Shown here: one piece after another, positions 26,147 through 35,383 of the stretch
Position numbering within the stretch: position 1 is the first letter of the stretch
How the letters are laid out: the number at the start of each line of letters is the position of its first letter
Virus record (IMG/VR): IMGVR_UViG_3300047445_000186
Span: 186,001 to 250,000 of that record
Length of the DNA: 64,000 bases
Reading direction: 5' to 3' (one strand)
Notes under the pieces: generated by a model
What the model saw: the letters and a program-made list of their open reading frames with translations, nothing else
Databases searched by the model: none
Told to the model about the DNA's origin: nothing
Made by a program: the position numbers and the translations under genes

Positions 26147-26601
26147 CAATCATTGCGTACTACAGGCCTGAAAGCGATAAGAACGCGTTCGCCATCCGCG
26201 GCGAAGTCTCTGAACGGTACGAGTCGCTATACAAGTGGCTGAGTGGCGGGAAGTGCTCGGCTCGGTCCGTGTACAGCGACATGCCGTGGGACGTGATCGT
26301 TTTCGATGATCCATTCGATGAGCAATCGTTCCTCGTGTTCTATGAAGGTGACATCGAATTCAGCACCATGCAGGGAGACGAGCCGTACCGTCCGCTGCCG
26401 AAGATCAAGTACAAGCAAGGTGTCGTGCCGGCCGAAGAGCGAGTGATCGGTCAGTCGTACCTTGGGAACTGCGGGCACTATCACGTTCATCAGGACCCGA
26501 ACCGGGATTTCATGGGCGAACTTGCAGACACTTTGGCCGCCGAGATCTCTCGGGAGATTGACAACGAGATCCTAGAACAGCTCCGCAAAGAATTCACTTA
26601 A
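26134..26601 (+). CDS. Hypothetical protein with a gp23 major-capsid-like C-terminal helix
   Basis: ELADTLAAEISREIDNEIL versus T4 gp23 ELSGILATEIMLEINREVV (recalled). Confidence 0.6.
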   Translation: MEKLTIIAYYRPESDKNAFAIRGEVSERYESLYKWLSGGKCSARSVYSDMPWDVIVFDDPFDEQSFLVFYEGDIEFSTMQGDEPYRPLPKIKYKQGVVPAEERVIGQSYLGNCGHYHVHQDPNRDFMGELADTLAAEISREIDNEILEQLRKEFT

Positions 26602-26617
26602 AGTCTAGAATACCTCA

Positions 26618-28363
26618 ATGAGATACGAAAAACAAATTCTCGAGGCGTACGATCGCCTTGAGTTCAAACCACGTGGTCGTCAGGTCGAAGACATCGACAC
26701 GATCATGACCTCGTTCCTCGATGAGGGATTCAAGACCGTGATTCTGTCGGCTCCGACTGGCACGGGTAAGTCGATCATTGGTGCCGTTACTGCTGAAGCT
26801 CTGCACCGCATTCGCTGGCCGGATCTGAACGCGAACGCGAGCTTCTTGCTCACGCCAACGAACATTCTGTCTCAGCAGTACCACGACACCTTCCAAGAAG
26901 GACGTGATCCGAATGACACGCGTTTCCGGATGATCAAGGGCGCTGGGAACTTCCCATGCGAGGCTCTTAGCACGGAGTCTGAACCGCAGACCGCCGAGTC
27001 GTGCGCGCTCCGTCTGTTCCAGAAAGAGCAGATGACTTCGATGATCGACACGTTCTGCAATGGATGTGACTTCGCCCATCAGAAGAAGATGCGTGACAAG
27101 TCGCGCCATCTGATCACGAACTACGCGTACTACTTCATCGATCGGATGTACATGGAGATGCTCGCGAAGCGAACCGTGTGCGTGTTCGACGAAGCGCATT
27201 TGCTGAACGATCTGTTCACCGAGCACAACGCGATCTACTTCAGCGATTCGCGTCTGAAGAAGATGGCCGAGGAAATCAACGAAGGCCTATCGCTCGGGCA
27301 CACTGAAGTGTTCAAGATCCTGAAGACGGTGAAGACGGATCTGAATGCCGGGAAGATCAACGATCAGACGTACATGAACTATCTGCACCAGCTTGCAGAC
27401 GCGTACGGGCAAGTCACTGAAGCGGCTCAAGAAGCGGCTGAACGTGAAGTGCGGAATCCGAAGAAGTACCTGCAACTCTCGCGCCTGTCGAAGAAGTACT
27501 TCGGCCTTGGCTGCAAGATTGGTGACCTTGTTGAGTACGGGTACCCACATGCATTCGAGTACAAGGAACGGAATCCGAAGTTCAATCAGCACGAAGACGA
27601 AATCTCCGTGAAGCCAATCTTCGTTGGCGACATGTTCGACAAGCTGATCAACGCAGATTACAACCTACTGATGTCGGCAACGTTCAGCGAGCAGTTCGCT
27701 CGTCGTACCCTGACCCTCGAGAACGCGAAGCACATCCGTCTGCAACCTTCGTTCCCGAAAGAGAACAAGAAGGTCGTGTTCTACAAGCCGCAGAATCTGA
27801 ACTTCACCTCGCTGAAAGAGTCGAAGACAGTGAAGCAGCTTCAAGCGACCTGCTACGAGATCGCGAAGCACCACACCGACAAGGGTGAACGTGGTATCGT
27901 GCTCGCTCCGAGCTTCGCGCTGAATGAAGGCATTGCCGCTGCGTTCGACGTGATGGGTCTGAAGGCACGAGTGTTCGAGCACAAGCGCGGTGAGAAGCTC
28001 GCTGAAGTTCTGGGTCGATTCAAGCGACACACTGACGGACCTGCAGTGATGCTCACTCCGTCTGGCTTCGAGGGTATGGACTTGGCTGGTGATCTGAGCC
28101 GTTATCAGATCATCTTGAAGGCACCGTTCGGTTCGCTGGGTGAAGCGCGGATGAAGAAGATTCTGGCAACGTGGCCTGACATTTACTCGCTGCTTTGCAC
28201 GATGAAGCTCGTTCAAGGTGCTGGTCGTTCGGTCCGTGGGCCAGATGACTACGCCACGACGTACATGCTCGACACGAACATTCAGCGTCTCTGGACAGCG
28301 AAGAACATGGAATGGGCTGATGAGTTCCAGACGATCTTCACTTCGATGCTGAGCGACGACTAA
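26618..28363 (+). CDS. DinG/Rad3-like SF2 helicase
   Basis: SAPTGTGKS, FDEAHLL, LMSATF, GFEGMDL and QGAGRSVRGPDD. Confidence 0.85.
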   Translation: MRYEKQILEAYDRLEFKPRGRQVEDIDTIMTSFLDEGFKTVILSAPTGTGKSIIGAVTAEALHRIRWPDLNANASFLLTPTNILSQQYHDTFQEGRDPNDTRFRMIKGAGNFPCEALSTESEPQTAESCALRLFQKEQMTSMIDTFCNGCDFAHQKKMRDKSRHLITNYAYYFIDRMYMEMLAKRTVCVFDEAHLLNDLFTEHNAIYFSDSRLKKMAEEINEGLSLGHTEVFKILKTVKTDLNAGKINDQTYMNYLHQLADAYGQVTEAAQEAAEREVRNPKKYLQLSRLSKKYFGLGCKIGDLVEYGYPHAFEYKERNPKFNQHEDEISVKPIFVGDMFDKLINADYNLLMSATFSEQFARRTLTLENAKHIRLQPSFPKENKKVVFYKPQNLNFTSLKESKTVKQLQATCYEIAKHHTDKGERGIVLAPSFALNEGIAAAFDVMGLKARVFEHKRGEKLAEVLGRFKRHTDGPAVMLTPSGFEGMDLAGDLSRYQIILKAPFGSLGEARMKKILATWPDIYSLLCTMKLVQGAGRSVRGPDDYATTYMLDTNIQRLWTAKNMEWADEFQTIFTSMLSDD

Positions 28364-28374
28364 CCCGGTACAGG

Positions 28375-28400
28375 GATGGAGGGTGTTCCCCTCCATCTTA
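28375..28400 (+). terminator. Hairpin after the helicase gene
   Basis: GATGGAGGG / CCCTCCATC stem; weak T tail. Confidence 0.45.
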
Positions 28401-28409
28401 GAATGATTC

Positions 28410-29528
28410 ATGGCAAATCAACCTCTCGCAAGAAAAGCAAAGCGCGAGCAGAAGGCAACACGCTCCACCCGCCGCCGACTGTCAGATAATCCCAGACACG
28501 CAGTTTACGAAGACAACTTCATGGATGAACCACAACTAGAAAATTCGCGGAACGCAGGGCCTGATGGCGTTGTGTTCGGTGTGTACGGTCTCGATGACTG
28601 GGTCACGAACACATACCTCCGAAATGCCGTCGAAAAAGGCATGAACACCCTCAGCCTTGAGGGCACATGGATCACCCCGTCGAGCTGGAAGCTCCATGAG
28701 TGGGTCACGGCGAAAGCTGAGCGATTCAACTTCATGTCGGCCAATCGTGCTCTCGCATGGTTCAGCTGGGGCATGATCGAACTGACCCTGACATCGGGTA
28801 AGCTCTGCATCGAGCTGAACGGTACGCCAGAAGAAGTCGTCGCATTCGTTGCATCGGTTGACGGTGAAATGAAGCGCGCCGAGAATCTGATCGAGTGGAT
28901 CTACAACACGAAGGGCGACAGCATCTCGGTTCCGCTGAACTATCGTGCAGCAGTTCCAGGCGCGTACCCTTGGCTCCCAACGGAGATCGGTGAGTACATC
29001 GACGGGTACATGAACTCGAACGCGAGTGTGCTCGTTCTGATCGGCCCTCCAGGCACCGGCAAGACGTCGTTCATCAAGCAGCTCATTCACCGCTCTGGCA
29101 GTGACGCGAAGATCACGTACGACGAGAAGGTCATGAGCGACGACTCGCTGTTCGCAGGGTTCGTGGAAGACGATGCAAAGTTCCTGATCATGGAAGATGC
29201 GGACGCATTCCTGAAGAGCCGAGCCGATGGGAACACGATGATGCATCGCTTCCTGAACGTGTCGGATGGTTTGATCTCGGCCCGCGACAAGAAGCTCGTG
29301 TTCAGCACGAATCTCCCGTCGATCCGTGACATCGATGACGCGCTTCTCCGGGCTGGTCGCTGCTACGACGTGATCGAGTTCCGTGCTCTCACGCGAGCTG
29401 AAGCCGAGCCAGTGGCTGCCGAGCTTGGGCTGGAGCTCCGAGATGGTGCCGAGTTCACACTGGCCGAGCTGTTCAATGAGCAACCTTCCAGTGGTCGTAA
29501 AAATGTTCGAAAGGTCGGATTCGTATGA
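28410..29528 (+). CDS. AAA-family ATPase
   Basis: Walker A GPPGTGKT, Walker B IMEDAD, FSTN sensor and LLRAGRC arginine finger. Confidence 0.85.
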   Translation: MANQPLARKAKREQKATRSTRRRLSDNPRHAVYEDNFMDEPQLENSRNAGPDGVVFGVYGLDDWVTNTYLRNAVEKGMNTLSLEGTWITPSSWKLHEWVTAKAERFNFMSANRALAWFSWGMIELTLTSGKLCIELNGTPEEVVAFVASVDGEMKRAENLIEWIYNTKGDSISVPLNYRAAVPGAYPWLPTEIGEYIDGYMNSNASVLVLIGPPGTGKTSFIKQLIHRSGSDAKITYDEKVMSDDSLFAGFVEDDAKFLIMEDADAFLKSRADGNTMMHRFLNVSDGLISARDKKLVFSTNLPSIRDIDDALLRAGRCYDVIEFRALTRAEAEPVAAELGLELRDGAEFTLAELFNEQPSSGRKNVRKVGFV

Positions 29529-29716
29529 AGAAAGTTCTCCTCTCCCTCGCCGTTCTGACAGCCCTCATGGGCTGTGGCAAGATCGATCGCATGACTGCTG
29601 CATGGGCCGGTGACGGCACGAAGACGTGCGTTGACGGTGTCACGTACCTGCAGTTCACGAGCGGCGCGACTCTCCAAGTGGACCGGACTGGCAAGCCAGT
29701 TCCTTGCGGCAAATGA
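29525..29716 (+). CDS. Small lipoprotein
   Basis: Signal peptide MKKVLLSLAVLTALMG-C (lipobox). Confidence 0.75.
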   Translation: MKKVLLSLAVLTALMGCGKIDRMTAAWAGDGTKTCVDGVTYLQFTSGATLQVDRTGKPVPCGK

Positions 29717-30006
29717 CAACGATCTCGTCCCGCAAGGGGACGACTTCAAATAGCCTGACGTTCGATGACCTAACCGACGCAGAGCTCGAGCTGATCTCGG
29801 CCTTGGTCTACAATGTACGACTCGGCAAGGGAAGTATCTATCGCGAAGCTGCGTACGATCTGATGAACAAGATCGAATCCTTCAAGCAGGACGATGACTA
29901 CATCAGCCGAGCCAGTGCACTCGTGGACCCTGAATGTGATGTGCTTGACAGCCATGGCACGCCAGCGTTCACGATCCGTAATCAAGACTACGAAGTCGTC
30001 GTATGA
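29713..30006 (+). CDS. Hypothetical protein
   Basis: ATGA overlaps on both sides. Confidence 0.65.
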   Translation: MTTISSRKGTTSNSLTFDDLTDAELELISALVYNVRLGKGSIYREAAYDLMNKIESFKQDDDYISRASALVDPECDVLDSHGTPAFTIRNQDYEVVV

Positions 30007-30590
30007 GCATAAACAAATTTCTGATCGAGGGTCTCGATCGTCTCGGCAAAGACACCCTGATCGATGGGATCATGCACCAGCGCGGGTACCATCAGGTCCT
30101 GCACTTCTCGAAGCCACGTCATCTCGCTCGGTACATGCCAAGCCCAACGGGCATGACTGCAGCCGAGATGGAGAGTGTCTCGTTCAAGGAGTACCAAGAG
30201 CAATCGTTCAGGACAATGTTCGCGATGCTCCGCAATCTGCCGTACACTCAGATCATTTGCAATCGGGCGCACCTTGGCGAATGCGTGTACGCTCCCCTGT
30301 ACCGCGGGTACGCAGGCGAGTACGTGTTCGACATCGAGAAGCAGTTCTTGAAGGGCGATTCGCGAACCATTCGTCTGATCCTGCTCACTGAAGACTTCAG
30401 CGTGTCGAAGCACTTCGTCGATGACGGTGAGTCATTCGACATCGCAAAGCGCGAGCAAGAGCAGGACCTGTTCAAGGCTGCGTTCGAGAAGTCGTGCATC
30501 AGTGACAAGCGAATCGTGAACGTCACCGATCGCGAAACTGGCGGCTATCGCTCGAAGCAAGACATTCTGCTTGAGGTCACCTCACTATGA
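30003..30590 (+). CDS. dNMP (thymidylate-kinase-like) kinase
   Basis: P-loop IEGLDRLGKDT, ICNRAHLGECVYAPLYRG. Confidence 0.75.
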   Translation: MSINKFLIEGLDRLGKDTLIDGIMHQRGYHQVLHFSKPRHLARYMPSPTGMTAAEMESVSFKEYQEQSFRTMFAMLRNLPYTQIICNRAHLGECVYAPLYRGYAGEYVFDIEKQFLKGDSRTIRLILLTEDFSVSKHFVDDGESFDIAKREQEQDLFKAAFEKSCISDKRIVNVTDRETGGYRSKQDILLEVTSL

Positions 30591-30979
30591 TCCGCGCACC
30601 ATTCAAGGGGACGATCTCGATCAATCGCCGCTCTGACGACAAGATCAGCGTCTCGTTCGTCGACGATGCATCGCGAACCGAATTCCTCGATGTTCAGCTC
30701 TCAATGTCAGAAATGATGAGCGCCCTCACTGGCCTGGCGTACGTGCCGGTTAAAGGTGAGGTTCGCGGGCTTGACGTGGTCGGCAAGGAGCGTGTTCGCG
30801 AGAAGCGCTCGATCACCTACCCTGGAAGATCATCCGATCGCAGTGTCATGCAAAAGTGGCTCACTGAGAACGCCCAAGAAGAGGGCTGGACCGTTGACTC
30901 GTACCTTGGTTCGCAGTCGTCGATCTCGTACAAGGACGGCGAAACGATCCTGAACTACGCGGTGTTCAAGTTCGTCTGA
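30587..30979 (+). CDS. Hypothetical protein
   Basis: Coupled ORF, 130 aa. Confidence 0.65.
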   Translation: MIRAPFKGTISINRRSDDKISVSFVDDASRTEFLDVQLSMSEMMSALTGLAYVPVKGEVRGLDVVGKERVREKRSITYPGRSSDRSVMQKWLTENAQEEGWTVDSYLGSQSSISYKDGETILNYAVFKFV

Positions 30980-30982
30980 ACG

Positions 30983-31010
30983 GGAAAAGGGCCCATCAGG
31001 GCCCAGTTCC
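30983..31010. terminator. Hairpin between convergent genes
   Basis: GGGCCC-ATCA-GGGCCC, with TTTT on the minus-strand side. Confidence 0.55.
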
Positions 31011-31024
31011 GGTAGCGCGGTCGA

Positions 31025-31207
31025 TCAGACGTCGAGCAGAGCCTTCAGCTTGTCGATGTGCTTCTCGATGCCCTCGAGCTGCTCCTTCGAGATCTTCGCG
31101 CGGATCGCCGCCGTGGTGAGCTGCGTCTTCATGCGCTCGTGGATCGGGGGCGGTGCACGACGTTCACGTGCGGGTTTTGCTTCCTTGGTGGCAGTGGCTG
31201 TGGCCAT
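31025..31207 (-). CDS. Small basic protein (60 aa)
   Basis: RBS CAGGAG and a TACATT box upstream; Lys/Arg/Ala-rich. Confidence 0.7.
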   Translation of the reverse strand: MATATATKEAKPARERRAPPPIHERMKTQLTTAAIRAKISKEQLEGIEKHIDKLKALLDV

Positions 31208-31352
31208 GATCAATCTCCTGGTTTAATCGACCACCATCGGCCGATGTGTCTAATGTATCCCGAACCTGGCCAAACGTGTTTGGCGAATTGTAATGAACTG
31301 TAACAGCCGGCCAACTCAGTATTTCATCGTCCCAATTTGGCCCCGAGAAGCC

Positions 31353-31371
31353 TGAACAATTCGGTTACAAT
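31353..31371 (+). promoter_or_regulatory. TGAAC-N6-GTTACAAT promoter/operator variant
   Basis: TGAACAATTCGGTTACAAT closely resembles TGTAACGATTTCGGTTACAAT at 44390. Confidence 0.55.
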
Positions 31372-31394
31372 CTCCTTTGGATTTGGGGAACTCT

Positions 31395-31835
31395 ATGACA
31401 CTAATATTTGAAATCAAAGCGGCCCAATTGGCCGCTCGTAAAGAACGTCGGGCAGCGGATGTTGCTGTGCTGACGACCCTGATCGGTGAGGCGGAAATCA
31501 TCGGCAAGAACGATGGAAATCGCGCAGTCACGGACCAGGAAGTGCAGGCCGTAATTAAGAAGTTCATCAAGAATATCGATGAGGTTCTGAAGGTCGTAAA
31601 TCCTGGGTCTGATCAATTCACGACCGCTCAGGAAGAGAAGATTCTTCTGAGCACGTTCCTGCCTGTGCAGCTCTCTGAAGCTGACCTGCGGCTGATCATT
31701 CAAACCGTGATCGATGCACATCAGCTCGTGGCTCCAAAGGGTCTCGGTGTTCTGATGAAGGAACTGAAGGACTCGCATAACGGCACGTACGATGGTGCGC
31801 TTGCCTCGAAACTTGCAAAGGAATTGTTGAAGTGA
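31395..31835 (+). CDS. GatB/YqeY-domain protein
   Basis: EEKILLSTFLPVQLSEADL, GVLMKELK and YDGALAS match the YqeY pattern. Confidence 0.8.
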   Translation: MTLIFEIKAAQLAARKERRAADVAVLTTLIGEAEIIGKNDGNRAVTDQEVQAVIKKFIKNIDEVLKVVNPGSDQFTTAQEEKILLSTFLPVQLSEADLRLIIQTVIDAHQLVAPKGLGVLMKELKDSHNGTYDGALASKLAKELLK

Positions 31836-33001
31836 AAGTTGGTGTAGTTAAACTTGGTGCTCGCATTACCTGGGAAACCGACGCAGCTGTCGGTCCTGGT
31901 GAAGCGATCTCGATCTGCAAGGCACTCACGCGAGGTGGGGCTGAGGTCCATGTGTTCACGAAGATTCTGGCGAAGGACACGCTCGATCCGTCGATTCAGT
32001 GGCACAATACGGTTGGCAGCGATGCACGTTCAATCCATGCAGGTCAAGACCTCGACACGACCGGTCTCGATGCTCTGCTCGTGATTAACGGGAATGTGAA
32101 CTTCTTCGGTGGCGCCGAAGATCGTGCTCAGATTCTGAATTACACGATCATCAATCGGTTCGCGGGTCCGGTGATCTACGTGATGTGCGACCCTGAACTG
32201 CCGATGCTGCAGATCTGGGAGAACGTCTCGAAGAAGCAAGTCGATCCGAAGTACAACTGGGAGAACGTGTACGCTGAGTCGGACATTCGTGTCACGAAGC
32301 CGATCAATGTGCTCTGCCAGCCGTTCAATGTTCAGGCAATGCAGGAAACGTGGAAGAGCAAGAAGGGCGCTGTGCCACTCGGCACGATGTTCCACTTCCC
32401 GATGGAACGCTTCCCGCTCCTGAACGAGTGGCTAGATTACGCCGAAACTCCGGCAGTCGATCTGCTCTACGGCGGTACGGCTCGTGGTGGGCGCCGCATT
32501 CCGAATCTGTACAAGTGGTACTGCGGTCTGCCTGAAGATCTGAACGTCGAAATCTTCGGCAAGATCGACAATGAAGACTTCGAGAAGCACAACAAGATCG
32601 GGAAGCTTCCAGTGAAACGGTACCCAACGTTCACGGGTATGGTGAAGTACTCTGAAGTGCTACCAAAGATGAACAACGCTCTTGCGCATCTGGTCACTGG
32701 CGATCCGTCGTACGAAACGCTCGATCTGATTCCTCAACGCGTTGCCGAGTGCATCGCCGCTGGGAACATCGTGTTCATCGACGCGAACATCGACAAGAGC
32801 CGTCGGATCTATCCTGTTGGAACCGAGGCGCATGACTTCCTGTACGTGCAGACGCAAGATGAACTCGTCGAGCGACTGCGTGTGCTGAAGGAAGAGCCAA
32901 GTCTGCGCTCCACTCTGTGGCAGCAACAGACGATCGCAACGAACTTCAACGCCGACACGTTCACAAAGTCGTTGGTCACGAAGATCGCGGAGTTCGTATG
33001 A
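31832..33001 (+). CDS. bgt: T4 beta-glucosyltransferase-family DNA glycosyltransferase (GT-B)
   Basis: Colinear with T4 BGT: LLVINGNVNFFGG, DLLYGGTARGGRR, VEIFGK, PTFTG, FIDANIDKSRRI. The sugar donor is not established. Confidence 0.85.
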   Translation: MKVGVVKLGARITWETDAAVGPGEAISICKALTRGGAEVHVFTKILAKDTLDPSIQWHNTVGSDARSIHAGQDLDTTGLDALLVINGNVNFFGGAEDRAQILNYTIINRFAGPVIYVMCDPELPMLQIWENVSKKQVDPKYNWENVYAESDIRVTKPINVLCQPFNVQAMQETWKSKKGAVPLGTMFHFPMERFPLLNEWLDYAETPAVDLLYGGTARGGRRIPNLYKWYCGLPEDLNVEIFGKIDNEDFEKHNKIGKLPVKRYPTFTGMVKYSEVLPKMNNALAHLVTGDPSYETLDLIPQRVAECIAAGNIVFIDANIDKSRRIYPVGTEAHDFLYVQTQDELVERLRVLKEEPSLRSTLWQQQTIATNFNADTFTKSLVTKIAEFV

Positions 33002-33186
33002 CCAGGAAGCAGGAGCTCGAATCTCTTGCTCGCAAGAAGGATGCATTCATGACACAACACGAAATTATCGAAGCGCTCGAAGAGATCATCCGTGAAGCGG
33101 ATGAGCGGGATGATTTTCCCGAAGTGCCACAAGGCATGGTTGAGACCTGGACTCTACAAAGTCTGATCAACAGGATCAAGAAGTAA
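32998..33186 (+). CDS. Hypothetical protein (62 aa)
   Basis: ATGA-coupled to bgt. Confidence 0.65.
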   Translation: MTRKQELESLARKKDAFMTQHEIIEALEEIIREADERDDFPEVPQGMVETWTLQSLINRIKK

Positions 33187-33198
33187 TAAAATGGGGTC

Positions 33199-33693
33199 AT
33201 GCCTTCTCTGAACCAATTCAAGAAGCTTGACCCCGAGCTTCGTAAAGACCTGATCGAGCGAGTGATCCTTCGTAAGAAGCGATTCCTCGCTCTGACTGGC
33301 AAGCGTGGTACGTTCGATCCGTCGACGTGCGACGTTCTGCTGGTTGGCGATCGACCGGCCCCATCGGCCCCTGATGACGCGAATTTCCATTACACTCCAT
33401 TCGGTGCCCTCTGGAACTCCTCGTTGTACGTGAACATGGAACTACACAAGGGCGGAATCGATGAAGCTCGGTTGGCCTGGGTGAACTCGGCCGACTTCCA
33501 TGGCGTGCCTCAAGACTATTCGGTTCTCGATCTGCCGTGGAAACACGTGATCGCTCTCGGAGGAGCGGGATCGAAGTGGCTGAAAAAATCGCCGCAGAAA
33601 ATTCCGCACGAAATTTTTCACCACCCCAGTTCTTGGAAACGATTCCACTCCAAGGAACCGTACCCGCTGATTGACTACCTGAAGACGATATGA
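33199..33693 (+). CDS. Uracil-DNA-glycosylase-superfamily fold protein
   Basis: Ordered motifs DVLLVGDRP, PF, WVNS, VIALG and HHPS. Confidence 0.6.
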   Translation: MPSLNQFKKLDPELRKDLIERVILRKKRFLALTGKRGTFDPSTCDVLLVGDRPAPSAPDDANFHYTPFGALWNSSLYVNMELHKGGIDEARLAWVNSADFHGVPQDYSVLDLPWKHVIALGGAGSKWLKKSPQKIPHEIFHHPSSWKRFHSKEPYPLIDYLKTI

Positions 33694-33974
33694 CCCCGAA
33701 GATTCTTGCGCGCATGATCACCCCACGTCCGTTCTACGCGATGTGGCAGCGGGGGCTTGTCACGCAAGATGGTCGAACATTCGAGTGGATGAACCGTCAG
33801 CCGTATTACACACGCAATCTCGAGGTTGGTGATCGCGTATGGATCGCGAAGCGCCTCCCTGTTTCAGGATACGACTGGTGCTTTGAGGTCTATCAGATCA
33901 CGATCGAGCAGACCGATTACGGCACGCCAAAGCTCTGGCTTGGCAAAGGTCGGCAACTGCTCTTGCCCACCTGA
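33690..33974 (+). CDS. Hypothetical protein, possible PUA/ASCH/EVE-like fold
   Basis: LEVGDRVWIAK motif; weak. Confidence 0.5.
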   Translation: MTPKILARMITPRPFYAMWQRGLVTQDGRTFEWMNRQPYYTRNLEVGDRVWIAKRLPVSGYDWCFEVYQITIEQTDYGTPKLWLGKGRQLLLPT

Positions 33975-34042
33975 TCCTCCTCTCAGGACGCCGCGAAGGT
34001 GTCCGAATGTAACAATGCTTCTATTCCCACGGAGCATTGTGA

Positions 34043-34729
34043 ATGCACTTCAACACCCCTACACTGGTCACTCTGACCGCCCCATCTTGCGCTGGCAAGA
34101 GTTACCTGCTCGAGGCAATGGTTGACAGCCTTGGCATGCAGCGTATTGTGTCCACCACTGATCGCGCTCCACGAGCCGGTGAAATCGAAGGTGTGCACTA
34201 CAACTTCATCACGACGAACGAATCTCTGCAGTACGAAGCTGAAGGAAAGTTCGCCGAGCTTGTGACGTTCAATGGCACTCGGTACGGTGTCACTCACGAG
34301 GAAATGGAGAAGAAGCTCGTTCCTGGTGCACCAGCTCCGATCGTGATTCTCGAGCCGAACGGTGTGAACATCTACCGCCAGTACTGTGGTTCGAAGAACT
34401 GGTCGATCTTCACCGTGTTCGTCTCGACGCCTGAAGCCGTTCGCCTTGAACGCCTCGCTGCTCGTACCACTGCTGATCTGCTGAACATTGCAGTGAATGG
34501 CGGTGATCTGGAGAAGAGCCTTCTTGCACGCGGCAATTTGTTCGACCGGTTCGAGAAGATCGTTCACGCGAACAACAAGCGCCTGAAGGCGATCATCGAA
34601 CAAGAACGTCTCTGGGCTGCCACGAACCTGTGGGATGCGCAGATCACAGGTCAAGACCTGAACGTTGCACTCTCGCACCTGAAGCAATCGATCGCCAGCC
34701 GTAACGCCCGCTCCGCAATCTACGCCTAA
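34043..34729 (+). CDS. gmk: Guanylate-kinase-family NMP kinase
   Basis: APSCAGKS P-loop, STTDRAPRAGEIEGVHYNF and TFNGTRYG. Confidence 0.85.
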   Translation: MHFNTPTLVTLTAPSCAGKSYLLEAMVDSLGMQRIVSTTDRAPRAGEIEGVHYNFITTNESLQYEAEGKFAELVTFNGTRYGVTHEEMEKKLVPGAPAPIVILEPNGVNIYRQYCGSKNWSIFTVFVSTPEAVRLERLAARTTADLLNIAVNGGDLEKSLLARGNLFDRFEKIVHANNKRLKAIIEQERLWAATNLWDAQITGQDLNVALSHLKQSIASRNARSAIYA

Positions 34730-34731
34730 TC

Positions 34732-35061
34732 ATGAAAACCCTCGCCGTAGTACTGTTCATGCTCGGTTCGCACGCTTATGCAGGTGCATTCCTCACTGGG
34801 AAAGACCTGCTTCGCCAATCAACTGAATTCACGACTGGCTTTGTGGCCGGTGCGGTGGACAGCTTGAGTGGTGCTGGTCTCGTGTGCGTCCCGCCGCAGA
34901 CCAAGCTCGGTGAGGTTCATGAGCTGGTAATCGCATGGGTGAAGAACAAGCCAGAACGTCGTGATGGAGCAGCAGTTGAGCTGTTGTTCGAGGTTCTGAC
35001 GAATCGCTACCCATGCGTAAAGCAAGCCCCGACTCTGTCAGCACGTCGGGCAGACGTTTAA
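34732..35061 (+). CDS. Secreted Rap1a-like (T6SS amidase immunity) protein
   Basis: Signal peptide, then TGKDLL, GFVAGAVD, CVP, KNKPE and RYPC. Confidence 0.7.
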   Translation: MKTLAVVLFMLGSHAYAGAFLTGKDLLRQSTEFTTGFVAGAVDSLSGAGLVCVPPQTKLGEVHELVIAWVKNKPERRDGAAVELLFEVLTNRYPCVKQAPTLSARRADV

Positions 35062-35101
35062 CTCTCGGCGAAAATCGCCGTTTTAACCACTGAAGGAAAC
35101 T

Positions 35102-35383
35102 ATGACAAAAGCAATCAACAAAGCACTGCAAACCCCTGAAGCCCAAGCTCTCCTGGCCGCTGGCCTGAAGCTGAAGTCGACCAAGCGTCAACTCGCGAAC
35201 GGCACGATCGCCCTGACCGGCCGCGTGAAGAAGCGCGCTGTGTCGTACAAGATCACGGCCACTGGTTCGGTCTTGAGCAATGAGTTCGTCGCTCGTCGCG
35301 TTCTCGAATCCACCGAAGGTCAACTGTACCGCGCTGGTCTCCGCGCTGCTGCTGAACTGCTCGCCAAGCGCAAGGCTGCCTGA
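35102..35383 (+). CDS. Hypothetical basic protein
   Basis: RBS AAGGAA; strong codon bias. Confidence 0.75.
   Translation: MTKAINKALQTPEAQALLAAGLKLKSTKRQLANGTIALTGRVKKRAVSYKITATGSVLSNEFVARRVLESTEGQLYRAGLRAAAELLAKRKAA

Noticed and set aside
25937-26601. Decayed major capsid pseudogene
   Set aside because: The two gp23-like motifs are in reversed order, the flanking sequence shows no capsid similarity, and both ORFs are intact and overlap their neighbours.
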